Shown: positions 37,853 through 50,437, counted from the stretch's first letter. The stretch: 64,000 bases of DNA from Rhizophagus irregularis (GCF_026210795.1 NC_089435.1:2356001-2420000), one strand, 5' to 3'. Numbers and translations: made by a program. Notes: generated from the sequence alone by a model not told the origin.

Positions 37853-39689
37853 GTTAATTTCTTTTGCAAAATATATTTTTTAATTGTACAAAAATTTAAT
37901 TTATATTTTAAAACGTCTTACACAAGTTAATTTATTTAAGAAAAAATTTACGACATTTCGGAGTTTCATTTGCGAAAAGATTGCTGCAACATTCGATCAA
38001 TGAGACTATTTTCAGCAATGATAATAACATTATCATACCAAATTTGATTTAAAGTTTTGGTTACGCGATTTTGCAAAAATAATTCTTAACTGATTTATCC
38101 AGATAAAATAAATTCTTTTAATATCTCAATAAATTAATTTTTGAAATAACTGTAAATAAATACTGTAAATTAACAATTACTATGATATTACGGAAGTTTA
38201 ATCATATCCGCGATCTGCAGAATCGGCCTAAATTAAGGGATTTAATAATTTAACTGAAAAACGTGATATTTGTTTCACAACCCTGCTTTACATGGGCGGA
38301 CTGATAAAAAAAAATGGAACTTTTATTTTTGAAATAAAGAATACCGTCATAAATACAAATAAACAACACGAAGTTGGATTATTTGTATTATCTTCTATGA
38401 CCAATTATGTATTCCTCTTACTCCATATTAGAACACAAAATCAAATAAACATTTTTAATTTGGTTAGTGAGAGAAAAAAAAAAATTTTTTTCTTTGAGTT
38501 TTTATGTTTCTCTTTATTTTATTTTCAGAAAATAATTAAATGTACGTACACGACAAGTTTGGTAAAAATAGTTTAATTAAAAAAAGCTTAAAAATTAGTT
38601 TGTGTTATCTGTAACAGTCTAAGCTATTCTAGAATAAATAAAAATAAAATGACAAAGTTAAAAAAAAAGTGTATCTCAATAATAATGTAATAATTAGTTT
38701 TTGTCTCTGTACATTATAAATTCATTTGATTACAAATCCATTCACTAAAATCTCCATAAAAATCTTGATTAGAATTAATTGAATGTAAAATTATTTATCT
38801 CCTACTGTGAATTAAATAAAAAAGTAAAAAATTTTTAGTCATTTAATTTGCTTTGATATGTTATTTATATTTTCAGTGAAAAATACTCTTTTTTGACATC
38901 CTTTTAAGAATAACAGCATCTTTCACTGAGAATTAACAATTCCTTTTGTGAGTTTTCGCTATTCAAGAAGAGAAATATTCATATTTATATCAAGAGTGAA
39001 AGGTGGAATAACTAATGAAATCATTCGTAAGTAAAGAATGAAGAATATTAATTGGTAAAAACGATTGGTTTTAAGATGATAAAGAAGGTACTATATTCGT
39101 AGTTCCAGAAATGAAATTAAAAACGTTTGGTATTCCATTTCGCCTTCAAAATTTTGCGATCTACACAATATATAACATCCGGGGTTAAAAGTTCAAGGGT
39201 AATGTTTACATCCAGGGCAAACAGGTGATCAATTTTTTAAAAATTGGGGTGATTATCTGAACACGTGTAGCTAAATACCGATAATTCTAATTAGACAAAA
39301 TAACTACAAAATGATGATAAGTACCTAATTGATACTATGAGACAGAGGTAATGGTAGAAATGGTTGAAAATTAAGATATTCACGAGTGAATAAGACGCTT
39401 ACTCAATTCATTATGATACTTTTTTTTTAATTATAGCGAATTTATAATTTTATATAGTTTGAGAATGACTCAAGGCTAAACAATGGTCTTTCATTAACAC
39501 CAATATCTTTTTATAATGTGTCATATTTATTAATTTTTTATAGGTCTTTTTTGGCAATATTAAATATTCAGTAATTTTTTTATTTAAAAACCTGCAATTT
39601 TTTTTGTTAAATATTTTTTTTGTCATATATTATTTTTTTATTATATATATCTTTTGTCAATTCTTACTTCTTCATTATTTTATTTCAAA

Positions 39690-40155
39690 CTGGATAAATT
39701 TAGATAAATTCTGGCCACTTAAATTTTTAAAAGAGGCTGAAAACTGAAGCTGAATTTAAAGAAAAAGGTGTGTAATTTTTATTTGCAAGCTTAGAATATC
39801 AGTATCCTGAAAGACCATGGCAGTAGATCACACCACTTGGATAGTATGGTATCATTTCTTTCCAAAGGCTTTTTTTATGAAATATGGTGATGAAGTGTTG
39901 TCTGTTGGTTCAAGAACTAACTATGTACCTTCTTTATTCTAAATAAAAAGTTCACACTGCTAACTAATATCTTATTTTCTTTCAATAGACAAAATTAAAC
40001 AATGGTTAGAATTATGCTGGAGAAAAATTATTGAAGAACATAATAAAAAGGTGATGTTTATTATTATTTCTTCATTTTCAGGTTGAATTTAAGGGAAAAG
40101 AGGTGTATTTTTATTTTGCAAGTTTAGGTAGAATATCAGTATCCTGAAGGACCTA
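39690..40155 (+). pseudogene. Decayed intron-containing gene fragment
   Basis: LDKFWPLKFLKEAE..EAEFKEK-like codons, splice-like signals, and a local duplication (39749-39815 vs 40083-40155). Confidence 0.3.
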
Positions 40156-40231
40156 TAAAGGGATTAATATAATCCCTATATTTATGTTTTATATTTCATA
40201 TTTTAAGTATTTTCAGAATTTATAACTTATT

Positions 40232-42740
40232 TTTTTATTTTTATTTTTAAAACCACGTGAACAAGATTACAGAAAGATAGACAAGAACAAAAGATAAAAC
40301 AAAAGTCGAACGCTATCTAATACTAAGCTATAATCAAACCGCCCGAGGACAGCACCACTCTGGTACTTTCAACGAACTTGGAGGAGTCCCTAACACGACA
40401 TCACATCCTAATAAACCAAAGTAAAGGCAATCTAAACATAGACCCGTATTTTTCTTTCGGTCGAAAAGACCGCCACCTGTTAATACTGTAAGAGGTGGAA
40501 TGGTTCACACTATTCTTATTGTTGTACGTTGTTAAAAAGGTGTACGTGGGGGTTACCCAAAAAAAAAAAGATGTAATAAAATACTAGTCAAAAAAAGTAA
40601 AAAAAAAGTGGCTAGGTATAACGTAAACTATGACTATCAGCGTGCCACTAAAAATAAAAGATAAGCTGATAGGTGATCTAAAAATTGTTAAAGTGAGGCG
40701 GAGACTTTAAAGTCTGCTGAAGAGAGAATATCTAGTCTCAATTTCTTGATGTGGGTGGTGTGCCTGTCTGCATTTATAGTCAAGACAGGAGGACATTTAT
40801 GTGGTCTGATTTCAAGTTGTTTTGCATCATCGGATGTGTGTCCTTTATAACGATAATGGGAGTCATCAATGTTCATGACTGAGAAATAGTCGATATTAAA
40901 ACGACCAAGCTCCTGTTCTAACTGGAGTAATTGTTTGTTAGTTTTGAAAATGTTTTTTCCCTGTTTAAGCCTGTTCTCTAGAGCAGCACGACGCTCAATC
41001 AGAGGCGAGATTTTCTTGTGATAATGATCCTGGAAATTGGTGAGGTCTTTCGTCATATCTTCACGATATTCTATACGGTTGATAGAGGTACCCCAGAGTT
41101 GAGCTCTGGCATAAAGTTCTTTTTCAAGAGTGAGGCGAGCATTATCATATGCTTCATGATCTTTTTGTTGACGTAAAGCTAATTCATGAGCTTCTTTACG
41201 TTTTTTAATACCATCTAACCAATACGCACAGCCTGGCGTAAAATGTTGACCTTTGAGTTTGGCCTGTCTTTTAGAAATATAAACAGGTTCGTCGGTTACG
41301 TAAGGAAGGAGACTGTTAGGAATCCAAATACCCAGCTTGTCGTGCCAAATGTTCTCATCTTCGACGGGAACGGGTTGTGAATTGGTGGCAGGCGAGCTAG
41401 TACTTGTCGTACTAATTGAATCGTCCCTTGGATAACGTGGAGCGGGTCGGCGGAACGGGTTATGGTAATTCACATGTTGTATAGGTCTGTTAATATGCTG
41501 TGAAGGTAAAAATAGAAAACGGTGTTGTCTAGCACGCTGAAGTTTTTCTTCAAGACTATCCACACGTCTCTGTGACTTTTTGTTATTACCACGATTGTAG
41601 AAAACCGATCTACATGCCCGCTGAAAGCGGGATTTTTGTTTGTTACTCCTTTTACTATTGTCGGAATGGTGTGAACGGAAATTATCTAACCGTTTACGGT
41701 ACATAAGGTGTTTCTTCTGCGTGTTGAAATGTTTATATTCGTTCGCTAAGTACGAGACATCGTACGAAATGCCTAAGCGATTTGAGTAAACGTGTTTTTT
41801 CGTGCCATGTTTCCAGTTGAAATAAGTGCGCAATGCGTGAGCTTCTTTGTGGTTAATAGTGTCATTATGGGTCAATAACGGGGTGTGTTTCTTGACATTA
41901 TGAAAAATGTCTAAATTTTTATGATGAGAAATGCAGGCTCGTCTATTATGAAACATAATGAAGGGAGAGGGGACACTACACAACTGTGTGTGTTCACTTC
42001 CAAAATTGTGAGTAATGGAGAAGTTACATGGTGTGAAAATACCAAAGTAAAAACGATAACGTTTATAAGAAAAATTAAAGAAAGTTTTTGTGCGGGAATT
42101 TCTTTGTGTGACTGTGTCAGCACGTGATTTGATAAGAAAATATCTATCAAGTAATTTGGAACGAATAAGATTAAAATATTTCTTTTGAATAGATCGGGGG
42201 ATGACTTTTTGATGGGAAAAAAAATGTTGTAACATCTTACTAATCTGGTATTTCAGATTAGGAAAGCTACAGGTGGAAGAGTAGCTAATAGGGGTCGATT
42301 TCATGTGATAATCATTTGTGTGTATTTTAAGATGAATATCATTGGTGTTTGTTGAGGGATCGACTAGCTCAAAAAAGAAACTTTTTGATCTCCTGATTTC
42401 ATAAATCTTGTTACATCCAGCCCGTTTGGGTCTAGTCACGTGAAATTTGTGGAATGAGACATCGAAAGAAAATTTTCCCAAGGAAATATGTTTAGGAAAA
42501 AAAGAAGCCATATTTTTCAATATGTTGTATGGGTGTGAGATAAAAAAATATTTTATTATAAAAACTTCTTTCAGAGGTCGGGTAATAAGGAGAAGAACCT
42601 TTCCATAAGAGGCCACCCAGTGGTCCTCTTTCTTCTCGAGCGTTAACAAACGTAAAAAAGGGTAAGTAAAAAAAACAGTATTTAACTGCGGATTTCTATG
42701 TGAAAAAATGGAAAGGGGAAAAAGTTTTTTTTGCCGGGTC
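40232..42740 (-). mobile_element. TSD-flanked, A-tailed retro-insertion with one ORF and no recognisable RT
   Basis: Exact 16-bp direct repeat GAATTTATAACTTATT at 40216-40231 and 42741-42756; A-rich tail AAAAATAAAAATAAAAAA at the minus-strand 3' end; higher GC than flanks. Confidence 0.85.
40688..42511 (-). CDS. Basic hypothetical protein (607 aa) carried by the retro-insertion
   Basis: First ATG at 42511; intact and intronless; K/R/H-rich; Cys/His cluster PC..LC..RRACISH; SNRLGISY; C-terminal coiled-coil-like region. Confidence 0.8.
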   Translation of the reverse strand: MASFFPKHISLGKFSFDVSFHKFHVTRPKRAGCNKIYEIRRSKSFFFELVDPSTNTNDIHLKIHTNDYHMKSTPISYSSTCSFPNLKYQISKMLQHFFSHQKVIPRSIQKKYFNLIRSKLLDRYFLIKSRADTVTQRNSRTKTFFNFSYKRYRFYFGIFTPCNFSITHNFGSEHTQLCSVPSPFIMFHNRRACISHHKNLDIFHNVKKHTPLLTHNDTINHKEAHALRTYFNWKHGTKKHVYSNRLGISYDVSYLANEYKHFNTQKKHLMYRKRLDNFRSHHSDNSKRSNKQKSRFQRACRSVFYNRGNNKKSQRRVDSLEEKLQRARQHRFLFLPSQHINRPIQHVNYHNPFRRPAPRYPRDDSISTTSTSSPATNSQPVPVEDENIWHDKLGIWIPNSLLPYVTDEPVYISKRQAKLKGQHFTPGCAYWLDGIKKRKEAHELALRQQKDHEAYDNARLTLEKELYARAQLWGTSINRIEYREDMTKDLTNFQDHYHKKISPLIERRAALENRLKQGKNIFKTNKQLLQLEQELGRFNIDYFSVMNIDDSHYRYKGHTSDDAKQLEIRPHKCPPVLTINADRHTTHIKKLRLDILSSADFKVSASL

Positions 42741-43071
42741 GAATTTATAACTTATTAAAATCACGAAAATTATAATTGTTAGACACGTGTGAGATCATGT
42801 GATTTTTATATCAACTATGTATGTGTGACAAATAGGATTTCACACCTCAAAAAAGGGCCCTCGAAAAATTCAAGTGACGCATGTGACAAAACAGTTACGT
42901 GATTGATTCGTGAACATTTTTATAGGGTACGCTGGGTAAAATATTGAACCCTTAAGTAATTTCTTTTTAAAAAAATGATGGACCAAATAAATGCAAACTT
43001 TGTATTACTTTTCAAGGATAATTTTCTGGACTTTGTATTCACTGGTTCGTATAAAAAAAAAAATTTGAAAA

Positions 43072-43775
43072 GAATTAAAAGCCTATTTTAGAACTACTCA
43101 CTAAACATTACTAATGCTAAAAAGGAAATTTTCAATTGAAGATCATATTTCTCAGAGTTCAGTGTAAAAAAAAAAAATTTTTTTTTTTTTTGAGAGGAAT
43201 TAAAAAGCCTATTTTAGAACTACTCATTAAATATTACTAATGCTAAAAAGGGAAATTTTCAATTGAAGATCATATTTCTCAGAGTTCAGTGTAAAAAAAA
43301 AATAAAATTTTTTTTTTTTTTGAGAGGAATTTAAAAGCCTATTTTAGAACTACTCATTAAATATTACTAATGCTAAAAAGGGAAATTTTCAATTGAAGAT
43401 CATATTTCTCAGAGTTCAGTGTAAAAAAAAAAAATTTTTTTTTTTTTGAGAGGAATTAAAAAGCTTATTTTAATGCTAAAAAGGGAAATTTTCAATTGAA
43501 GATCATATTTCTCAGAGTTCAGTGTAAAAAAAAATAAATTTTTTTTTTTTTTAGAGAGGAATTAAAAAGCCTATTTTAATGCTAAAAAGGGAAATTTTCA
43601 ATTGAAGATCATATTTCTCAGAGTTCAGTGTAAAAAAAATAAATTTTTTTTTTTTTTAAGAGGAATTAAAAAGCCTATTTTAGAACTACTCATTAAATAT
43701 TACTAATGCTAAAAAGGGAAATTTTCAATTGAAGATCATATTTCTCAGAGTTCAGTGTAAAAAAAATAAAATTTT
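43072..43775. repeat. Tandem array, 6 units of about 105-130 bp
   Basis: AATGCTAAAAAGGGAAATTTTCAATTGAAGATCATATTTCTCAGAGTTCAGTGT six times; units 4 and 5 lack an internal segment of about 22 bp. Confidence 0.92.
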
Positions 43776-43988
43776 TTATTTCATTCACCTCATAATAACG
43801 TACTCGCAATCATTTATTTATTATGCTAATATCGTTACACCTGATGCATAATCTTAGTAAAATATTTATATAAACACCGCGCAATTCTTCTAAAAAAATT
43901 TAAAGACCTTCTATCTAGATTAAAGAGTACAAAAATCTTAAATTTCCTAATCATACTTATTATAATTTGTCTTTTGATATTGAACAAC

Positions 43989-44525
43989 ATGAATTCAAAT
44001 AACCAAAATACACAAGATTATTATAATTTATCAATGGATCAAACTGGAAATAGCTCCGCTCCTCAAAATAATAATGAAAATAATCAGCATACTTTAATTA
44101 ACAATGTTGGTGTATCTGATACGAATTTAAACACCTTGCACATTAATAGTATTAATCCTACAATTCTTGTGCCTCATAATACTACTTTTGAATTTTACTT
44201 TCCCTCACCAAACGATGCACGTATCTATCACGTTACTTATCAGTATACCGAATTACACCCATTAGAAAATGCGAGACTCCTGAATGATAGAATTAATCTA
44301 TCTCACATTCCTGATTATCAGTTGCCGCATAATTATAATTTACAATCTCTAATTCAACAACAGATTCAACAACAAGTCCATCATCCTATTGTTTATCAAC
44401 AAAACAACACTCAACAACAACCTTTCGACACTACTCAACCTATTTCCCAAGTATACTCAAATAATGACACCTACAATGCAGCAACGCAAGATATGGGAGA
44501 TACGGGATTCCAGAATTCTCCTTAA
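43989..44525 (+). CDS. Asn/Gln-rich hypothetical protein, paralog 3
   Basis: First ATG at 43989; intact ORF with the family motifs. Confidence 0.8.
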   Translation: MNSNNQNTQDYYNLSMDQTGNSSAPQNNNENNQHTLINNVGVSDTNLNTLHINSINPTILVPHNTTFEFYFPSPNDARIYHVTYQYTELHPLENARLLNDRINLSHIPDYQLPHNYNLQSLIQQQIQQQVHHPIVYQQNNTQQQPFDTTQPISQVYSNNDTYNAATQDMGDTGFQNSP

Positions 44526-45454
44526 TGGATATTTAATGGTTTTGGTAAATAATGTTAATTTATTTATTTATTTTATTTTGCTTTTTAAAGTTCGAAAAGA
44601 AAAGTTAAGATTATGAAATGATAATTCATTTTCATTTTTTACATAAGTATTATTTTTTTTAGCGAAAATTGAACGGCCTTTATCGCATTGTTCTCTATGG
44701 AAAAATACTTTAAAAGAGAAATAGCTTTAATTTTCTTATTCAAAATTTATTTATTTTTGTTTATTTTTATTTTTGTTTATTTTATTTTTTTTGCTTAGTT
44801 TTTTGTATAAACGGAACAAAATTCAATAAAATGTTATTCATTCTTTAAAAAAAATTTATTTACTCATTTTACTGCGTATAAATAAGTGTTTATAGTATGT
44901 CCGAACAAATATAATAATAAAAGATTTATTCACATTTTTACCGATAATTTAATTTGTAATTAAGAGTAACGGCCAAACGTATAAGAAAAATTATAAATTT
45001 GTACTTCCCTTGAATTTTGATCGCAAAAACTTTATATTTATTATATTATCTGTTCTGTTTGAAAATATATACATCTTTTTAATATTAAAATAGCTATATT
45101 ATCGATGCAGATTTTATTTTGATTTTAAATTTGATTTTGATATTATAATTCTTCTTCACCAAAAAAATATTATATATAAAGACGATTAATTATATTTTTT
45201 AAAAGACTATTTCTATTTGCATACGGCTTGTAATAAGACTTCAAGAAGGATTAACAGATTCGTGTCCCCTTGAACCTTAAGAGAAAAGAATATGTGAACA
45301 TTGTTTTAGATGAAATCTTTTTTTCTTTTCTTTCTTTTTTTTTTAAAAAAAAGAGTAGTTCCCGGAATAATTTGTAACTAGTACTTAAACGCAATTACTA
45401 CATAAAGTAATAAAGCTTTCTAAATCAATTAACCTTAAGATGATAAATTAAAAC

Positions 45455-47013
45455 ATGTTAAAAAAAATTTTCTCAACTACTTACGGACCTTTGTCACGTC
45501 TCCTATGGCGGCACTCCTTATGTTCCGATCCACCCCCTAATATTTCTTTTCTTTTGGACTCTCCTCGCTTTTTAGTACAATTTCCCGTTTTTACTTTCTT
45601 AGTTATAATCCGGGTGGCATCTTGTAATTTCTTGAAACTGTCGAAAAACATTAGCTTCTTCGTTTATCCTGGTGGTAAATGATTGGAATCTTTTGCACTC
45701 TTTATGATGCATTTTCAATTCAAATGATCTGAAAATAGTGTTCCGAAGGGGTCGAGTCGGATCGGGTTTTGAGGTGTATTCGAACTCGACCCGTGCGTAA
45801 AAGTAATGACCCGGATTCGACTTGACCCAATTATAGACTGACTCGGATAACCCGGGTTCGTATTTAATATAAAAAAATTTAAATTTTAGTTAAAAATATA
45901 ATAAAAAGATTCGGGTCGCCGGGTCAAAGTAAAGGTATAACCGACTCGACGAGTCGGGTCGAGTTCATGCGGGTTACGGATCATCAAATCGTGCGACCCA
46001 ACCCGACCCTTAATTTGAAAAAAGTGCATTTTAGAAATAATCAAATGTGTAACGAATCATCAACTTTTCGTAAATTCCAATACCAACTTTCCACCACTAT
46101 CGTATATTATCCCTTACTTTCTCTAAAATTCTCTAAAATTCTTGTATTCCTTTTAATTCCTCACGTTATCATCCAACAACATAATAAATAAATAGTGCGA
46201 CCACTTAATAGTCGTATAACCAAATCTATCAACGGAGTAATCATCCAATTCCCATGAATTCAACGTATATATTTATGACATAACTAGAATAAAGGAGGGA
46301 TTTCAACGATATTAAAATTTGTGACTTTGATACTCAACTTGTTACTTCATCAAAGTTTTAACAGCCACGCTAATTTCTTGATATTGTACCAGGCCACGAG
46401 AATTTCATATGATGATCATCTTACGAACCAGAATATCTTCTATATCGTGGTTTAATTCTTCTCCCTGAATTCTCAAAAAAATTTTTTTTTGTTCTCCAAA
46501 TGTAGGATTATGGCTACAGTACATGAGAAAGCATTGCCTGCACAATCAACCGCGCTGGACCGCTAGTTCACGATGAATTCGAAACCTCCATCTGAGAAGG
46601 ACCACACATATTCCAAGATAATCCTACGTCCCTAGTACTGTTATCTACATGAGGTTTAGATTGTTTAATTACTTCTCATTAATTCATATGTGACCCATAT
46701 TACGAAGCCCTTCCGTACTAGTACTATTTTCTCTCAAAGGACGCTACAGCTCATGATTACCACTTAAACTGGTAACCTGGTACGTCGTGAATCCCCAACT
46801 GTTTACAATTTTAATAGTAAGGAATTTATAGAAGGCACAAACGCAATCCTTTTAGGAGATTTGTTCCTCAAATATTCTCATTTGGCCTTTTCTCCTGTCG
46901 TAAAGATTATTATGCGATTTTATGACAGTTCATTATTTCTCAACTATCGAAATGATATCTCCTATCTTAGAGATATATATGTGCGTCAATACGGGAACGT
47001 ATCTACTATATAA
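45455..47013 (+). pseudogene. Decayed gene of unknown family (copy 3), interrupted by a MITE
   Basis: Starts MLKKIFSTTYGP; protein-like C-terminal stretches FNSKEFIEGTNAILLGDLFLKYSHLAFSP and DSSLFLNYRNDISYLRDIYVRQYGNVSTI*; homologous to 7020-8190. Confidence 0.5.
45746..46012. mobile_element. Degenerate MITE with GGGTCG/CGACCC repeats
   Basis: Imperfect inverted ends (about 14/19 matches); absent from the homologous copy near 7740; no TSD found. Confidence 0.6.
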
Positions 47014-47462
47014 TATTTTGATATCTTTCAGTATGTTTGTTATTGTATTTATAAAATAAGATAGAGTATGTTGTGAGGTAGAAAAAATACCAAGTTTTCG
47101 CAAAAGGTCGCATAGTGCACCACTCTTCATAAGTTGTTTTAACTTGTTGCTTTTGAAGTTTCATGAAAGTCTATATTATATAATATATATTCATGCTTTT
47201 CTATATTTTCTTTTAAGTTGAGATCAATTTTGTGTGAAGAATAAATATTAAAAACTACAAAATTATAAAAAAAATTTTTTTACTGCGGAATTACAATAAA
47301 AATTACACAATTTCGGAAAGAGTTTTTTTTTTATTTATCGTCAAAATTCTGTATTCTTATAATTTCCGTCTGTATTTGATCGACTGATCGCCAAGCTCGC
47401 ATTTATTTTTACGTCTACAGACGTCACCATCATTCTATTTGGTAAAAAGTTACTTTAATATG

Positions 47463-47856
47463 TAGGGATTGGAACCGGTTAATGTTAACCGGTTAATTAA
47501 CCGGTTAAGACGGTTAACCGGTTAAAGGATTTTGAAAATCGGTTAACCGGTTAAAACTATATTTATCATAATCCTAGTCAGATTTATATAATGCGGCCCA
47601 GAGATATGTAAATTGCGGCCACGTGTTCCTAAACTTGAAGTTTTAATGCCGAATTTTTTTCTATTTATTTATAATAATTTTAGTGATATATAGTCTTCCT
47701 ATAACTAAATATGCAAGTAAAATCAAAAATTGGTACAATTTGCAGTAAAAAAAGTTTTTAAAATATTTTTAATATTAACCGGTTATTACCCGGTTAAGAC
47801 CCTTGGTTAACCGGTTTTTAACCGGTTAAGGTTTTTTTGGACGGTTCCAATCCCTA
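47463..47856. mobile_element. hAT-type MITE (394 bp)
   Basis: 15-bp TIR TAGGGATTGGAACCG; 8-bp TSD TTAATATG at 47455-47462 and 47857-47864; many AACCGGTT palindromes. Confidence 0.93.
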
Positions 47857-48298
47857 TTAATATGACTTTTGAATCAATTATCATCATGGGTTAACAGTTA
47901 TTAATCTGGTTTATCAATATAAATTCATTAAATAAAGAATTAATGAATTAGATTGAAAATAAAAAAAAAGAAAGTTCAAATAAATTCGAGTTCTCTAAAC
48001 ATATTATTGGTAGTTATTACAAAGACTTTTCGGAAAAGAGATTAAAAAATTCAATACAAAACTTACTCTGAATAATATTTCATGAGAATTATAGAAAATG
48101 ATTTATTTATCAAAGTATTTTATAAAAATTTGGCAGCTGTAAAACCCAAAATTGCAACAATTATATTAATTCTAATAACAATAGTAATTATTATGATAAT
48201 TAACACGTTCGATTAAATTATATTAGATATTCGATAATTATATTAGATATTTTAATAATTTTAATTTAAAAATCCTTTTTCAATTGAAATTGAAAAAC

Positions 48299-48420
48299 AT
48301 GAATTCAGATAATCAAACTAAACTGGAAATAGTTCCTCTACAAATTCTTGATAATAGCAACGCTAGCTTCAATTGACAACGTAAGGACATTTAATACAAA
48401 TCTAAACTTTTACACATTAC
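48299..48420 (+). pseudogene. Relic fifth member of the Asn/Gln-rich family
   Basis: TGAAAAACATGAATTCAGATAATCAAA, AAACTGGAAATAG and TAATACAAATCTAAAC match the 5' parts of the paralogs; disrupted. Confidence 0.55.
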
Positions 48421-49894
48421 AGTAATATGACTCAAAGTTTTAAATAAAAAATATTTGTAACTTTTTATTGAAACCTCAAAAAGAAAAAGTAAATCTAACA
48501 TCCTACTGGCAAATAACAAGAACGTAAAACTTAAAAGGAATTCATCTTTTTTCACCGACATAAAATTGATCGTGAAAATTTGCTTTAATTATTAATAACT
48601 GAACCTGCTTATTTTTCATTTAATTTATTTTTTCTGCTATATATAACAAAAAATATTGTTTATATAAAGTAAATAATAAAATGTTTGCATAATTTTTTCT
48701 TCCTATAATTATATGTATTCCACTGATGATGTCATCCTTCAATATATATTATTTTATGTTATTTTATGTTCTGGATAATCAAGTTCAATAAGTTCATGCA
48801 CAGACCAGAATTCTGGCGGGTGGATGATATAATGATTGATAATGAAGATTTTTCGTTTTTTTTTTAAAAAAAAAAGGGATTTATTTGGAAAAATTTCAAA
48901 AATCTTTAATATGACGTATGATTTTCTAAGTTGAGTAATTTTTATATCGATAAATTGCGATTTAGCGAAATAAAGTCATGCAGATTTTCATTGAAACTGC
49001 CTAACCAAAAATAAATTATTTGTTGTTAATAAAGTAAAACGTGAAATGTCTGTCGGTAATAAAACGGTAAAACGTATCATTAACTGTAACTAATAATCTA
49101 ATTTAAATAAATGAATAAACAAATTTTAAGTCGTATAACAATAGTCTCATCATAGACATCACTATAACTCATTTTAGTAAATAATAAACTAAAAAAATGA
49201 GAGTGATACGGAAAGTTATGTTGTTGTTTGACAGTTTACTCAAACACGACGGGCCAAACACGTGATTCAGAGTGGGCCGAGATACTATTCATCACCTGAG
49301 TACGTTTCACATCCCTTATGTTACACGCCGCCAAATGTCACTCTAAACTATTCGTCTCACCGAAAAAATGAATGCTAGTTGCGGATCTTTGTCGTACAAA
49401 CATAATCAAATGATCTTTTTCTCTGTCGAAGAAATTTTAGATCAAAATAATTTGAAACTCATTAGGAGGTCTTCTTTTGGATTTTCCTTTATTTCTTAAA
49501 ATATCAATTTGTTACAAACATTAAATTATCTCTTATTTGGATTTGGATTTACGTCATTCCGATATGTCATGTGATAGCGTCTTTAACATCCGAAAATCAT
49601 TGACTAATTTAGGAAGTTATAAAATGCTGTCAGCTGTAAATAGAATATGTGTGAAGTTATATAGTAACTATGTAAGTAACTATATAAAAGACATATATAT
49701 AATATATAGTTACAAAAAAATTGTATATAAACAAATAACTATTCTTTCTTTTCGATAGAAAAAAAGTCTAAAAAAAATTTATAAACATTCCATCCAGATT
49801 AAAGAGTAAAAAATTTATTCGCTTCTAATTTTAAATTTCCCAATTATATTTAATTATTCATTGTCTACTTAATATTATTGTTTTTTGAAAAAAC

Positions 49895-50437
49895 ATGAAT
49901 TCAAATAACCAAAATATACAAGATTATTGTGATTTATCAATGGATCAAACTGGAAATAGCTCCGCTTCTCAACAAATTTTTAATAATAAAAATGAAAATA
50001 TTCAACATACTTTAATTAATAATGTTGGAATTTCTGATTTAAATACCTTGCATATTAATTCTACAACTCCTGCGCCTTATAACACTACATTTGAGTTTTA
50101 TTTCCATTTACCAAATGATACTCGTATCTATCGTGTTACTTATTCTGAATTAAATCTATCAGAAAATGTTCAACTCTTGAATAATGGAATCAATCATATC
50201 CCTGGTTATCTTTTGCCGCATCATTATAATGTACAATCTTTAATTCAACAACAGATTCAACAACAAGTCCAACATCCTATTTATCAACAAAATGATATTC
50301 AACAACAATCCTTCGATACTACTCAATCTACTTCTCAAGTGTATTCAAATAATGACACCTACAATACAGCTTCAATTTCAGTAAATGGAACAGTTTCTTA
50401 CGATATGCAAGATACAAGATTCCAGGATTCTTCCTAG
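49895..50437 (+). CDS. Asn/Gln-rich hypothetical protein, paralog 4
   Basis: Intact 180-aa ORF with the family motifs. Confidence 0.8.
   Translation: MNSNNQNIQDYCDLSMDQTGNSSASQQIFNNKNENIQHTLINNVGISDLNTLHINSTTPAPYNTTFEFYFHLPNDTRIYRVTYSELNLSENVQLLNNGINHIPGYLLPHHYNVQSLIQQQIQQQVQHPIYQQNDIQQQSFDTTQSTSQVYSNNDTYNTASISVNGTVSYDMQDTRFQDSS

Noticed and set aside
40174..42927. Possible CMC-like element (CCCTATA...TATAGGG) enclosing the retro-insertion
   Set aside because: Only a 7-bp inverted match, and the flanking triplets differ (AAT vs TAC)
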